Source: Verrucomicrobiota bacterium
Lineage (GTDB): Bacteria > Verrucomicrobiota > Verrucomicrobiia > Limisphaerales > UBA9464
Direction of reading: 5' to 3'
NCBI GenBank assembly: GCA_026397675.1
Contig: JAPLUH010000250.1
Coordinates: 1-47,817 of the forward strand
DNA length: 47,817 bases
In this document: positions 46,150 through 47,817 of the stretch, one piece after another
Layout of the letters: each line of letters begins with the position of its first letter
Position numbering within the stretch: the stretch's first letter is position 1
Translations under genes and position numbers: made by a program
The notes under the pieces: generated by a model
Database searches by the model: none
What the model was told of the DNA's origin: nothing
The model's input: the letters and a program-made list of their open reading frames with translations, nothing else

Positions 46150-47562
46150 ATGTCCGATCAACCCCAAGCACTGTGGCTAGCCGCCCAGCAAACCCTCCGT
46201 GGAATGCTGAAGACGGAGTTGTACAACCTATGGTTTGCCCCGGTCACTGCCCGCTGTCTGGACGGAGATACGCTGACCCTGGAAGTTGCTGATGAGTTTT
46301 GTGAGTTCTGGTTGAAGGACAATTATTTGGATGTTCTACGATCGGTAGTGAGCCGCGCAGCCATTCGTCCGATCCATGTCACTTTCGCCATTCGCCCCGC
46401 CGAGTCCGCCGCTGCCGCTGCCGCTGCCGCCGATTTAGCCGCCGATCGGCCTATGGCTGCTGAGACTTTGATGGAGCGGGTCGCCCCCTCTGAGTTTCGA
46501 TCGACTGAACCTGCAGTGCGGGAGATTCCTCGGAAGTCAGAACCGTTGTTCAATCCGAACAACACCTTCGAAACCTTCGTGGTGGGTTCGAACAATCACC
46601 ATGCTCATGCAGCCTGCATGGGCGTAGCCCAAAAGCCGGGACATACCTACAATCCGTTGTTTCTCTTTGGTGGCGTGGGGCTAGGCAAGACGCACTTGCT
46701 TCAGGCAATTGGTCATCACGTCCTGGCCAACAAGAAGAATGCCCGGATCGGATACTTGTCGTGCGAGCGCTTCACCAACGAGTTCATTGAGGCCCTGCAG
46801 AACAGCCAGTTGCCGAAGTTCCGCAAGAAGCACCGGGAGTTGGATGTTCTATTGATCGACGATATCCAGTTCCTGCAGGGCAAAGAGCGTATCCAGGAAG
46901 AATTTTTTCATACCTTCAACGCCCTCCACGATTGCCATAAGCAAATCGTCCTGACCTGCGATCGGCCTGCCAATGAGATCCAGGGGTTGGAACAACGTCT
47001 CATTTCTCGCTTCGAGTGGGGAATGACGGCCGACCTGAAGGCTCCGGATGTTGAAACTCGGCTGGCAATTCTTAACAAGAAGGCTGCTGCTCTCAGTGTC
47101 CGGTTGCCCGATCAGATTATCACGTTCCTAGCCAATCGTATCCGGACCAATGTCCGACGATTGGAAGGGGCTCTGGTCCGAGTGGCCGCCTATGCCCAGC
47201 TTTCGGGCAAAGCCCTCGACCTCGAAACGGTCGAGACGTTGTTGCGTGAAATTCTCCAGGAAGAGGGCAAGGTTGCTATCTCCGTGAGCGAGATCCAGAA
47301 GCGTGTAGCCGACTACTTCGACATCCGTATGGCCGACATGACCAGCAAGCGGCGGCCGGAGAACATCGCCTTCCCACGGCAAATCGCCATGTACCTGACC
47401 CGCCAGCTCACCGAGCATTCGCTCAGTGCGATTGGTGAATCTTTCGGGGGACGTGACCACGGCACCGTGCTGCATGCCTGCCGGCAGGTGCGAGACCGCA
47501 TGGAGGTCGAGGCTAAGGTTCGCCAGGACGTGGGTTACCTTGAGAAACAGCTCACCCGCTGA
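46150..47562 (+). CDS. dnaA: Chromosomal replication initiator protein DnaA
   Basis: AAA+ Walker [11 protein letters not shown], Walker B LLIDDIQF and the domain IV signature [38 protein letters not shown]. Confidence 0.96.
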   Translation: MSDQPQALWLAAQQTLRGMLKTELYNLWFAPVTARCLDGDTLTLEVADEFCEFWLKDNYLDVLRSVVSRAAIRPIHVTFAIRPAESAAAAAAAADLAADRPMAAETLMERVAPSEFRSTEPAVREIPRKSEPLFNPNNTFETFVVGSNNHHAHAACMGVAQKPGHTYNPLFLFGGVGLGKTHLLQAIGHHVLANKKNARIGYLSCERFTNEFIEALQNSQLPKFRKKHRELDVLLIDDIQFLQGKERIQEEFFHTFNALHDCHKQIVLTCDRPANEIQGLEQRLISRFEWGMTADLKAPDVETRLAILNKKAAALSVRLPDQIITFLANRIRTNVRRLEGALVRVAAYAQLSGKALDLETVETLLREILQEEGKVAISVSEIQKRVADYFDIRMADMTSKRRPENIAFPRQIAMYLTRQLTEHSLSAIGESFGGRDHGTVLHACRQVRDRMEVEAKVRQDVGYLEKQLTR

Positions 47563-47650
47563 GTTGGGTTCCTGCTTATGGGGCAGGACTGGGGTTCCGA
47601 TTTGAGTTTAGGCTAAATCGGGAATAAACGTTTGCGAAGGACTCCGGAGC

Positions 47651-47817
47651 ATGGCCATCCGGAGTTCTCGGCTGGAAACCCGGATGGGAAGTCGCAATGA
47701 TTGCGGCGTGTCTCCCCGCGGTTTCCATTACATCTTGCTGCTACTGACTGGCTTTCTGGTCAACCCGGTCGTTCTGGGGGATGCCTCGGTGGGCTTTGAA
47801 TTGCTGAAGGCCGACCT
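47651..47817 (+). CDS. Partial hypothetical protein with an N-terminal hydrophobic segment; runs off the window
   Basis: The ATG at 47651 opens a frame that stays open to the window end (MAIRSSRLETRMGSRNDCGVSPRGFHYILLLLTGFLVNPVVLG...). It does not resemble DnaN. Confidence 0.25.
   Translation, partial: MAIRSSRLETRMGSRNDCGVSPRGFHYILLLLTGFLVNPVVLGDASVGFELLKAD

Overview
This 47.8 kb window is core chromosome. It most likely comes from a member of the PVC superphylum, and looks Verrucomicrobiota-like. The taxonomic markers are an H-X9-DG-type prepilin-like protein, PSCyt1 'planctomycete cytochrome c' domains, a DUF1080 protein, Tat-exported Gfo/Idh/MocA enzymes, RNase HIII and McsAB.

Major blocks, in order:
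- glgB, dnaG, tRNA-Glu(CUC) and glnK-amtB.
- A minus-strand cluster of four exported redox or sulfur proteins.
- ruvA, a DUF374 protein and def.
- rpmH-rnpA-yidD-yidC-jag followed directly by mcsA-mcsB.
- trpB, a truncated prfC and mutY on the minus strand, then rnhC.
- A 13 kb ribosomal superoperon running from rplB to rplQ, with secY, map and rpoA, but lacking rpsJ-rplCDW, rpmD, adk and infA.
- About 0.9 kb of unassigned DNA next to tRNA-Pro(UGG).
- A GT4 glycosyltransferase, a superoxide dismutase, gnd, a DUF1080 protein and lpxK.
- A repeat-built histone H1/Hc2-like gene immediately upstream of dnaA, with the putative oriC region between them.

I found no CRISPR array, transposase, integrase, toxin-antitoxin pair or recognisable defence system.

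The items most worth a second look:
1. An RF3 gene that lacks its whole GTPase domain and sits in frame behind the mutY stop codon.
2. The exported dihaem-cytochrome/FGE-like, Gfo/Idh/MocA and rhodanese cluster.
3. The 36-bp-repeat histone-like gene beside dnaA, and an origin region with no consensus DnaA box.
4. The ORF-free 0.9 kb between the rplQ terminator and tRNA-Pro.

All functional calls rest on motif recognition by eye. No database search was run.
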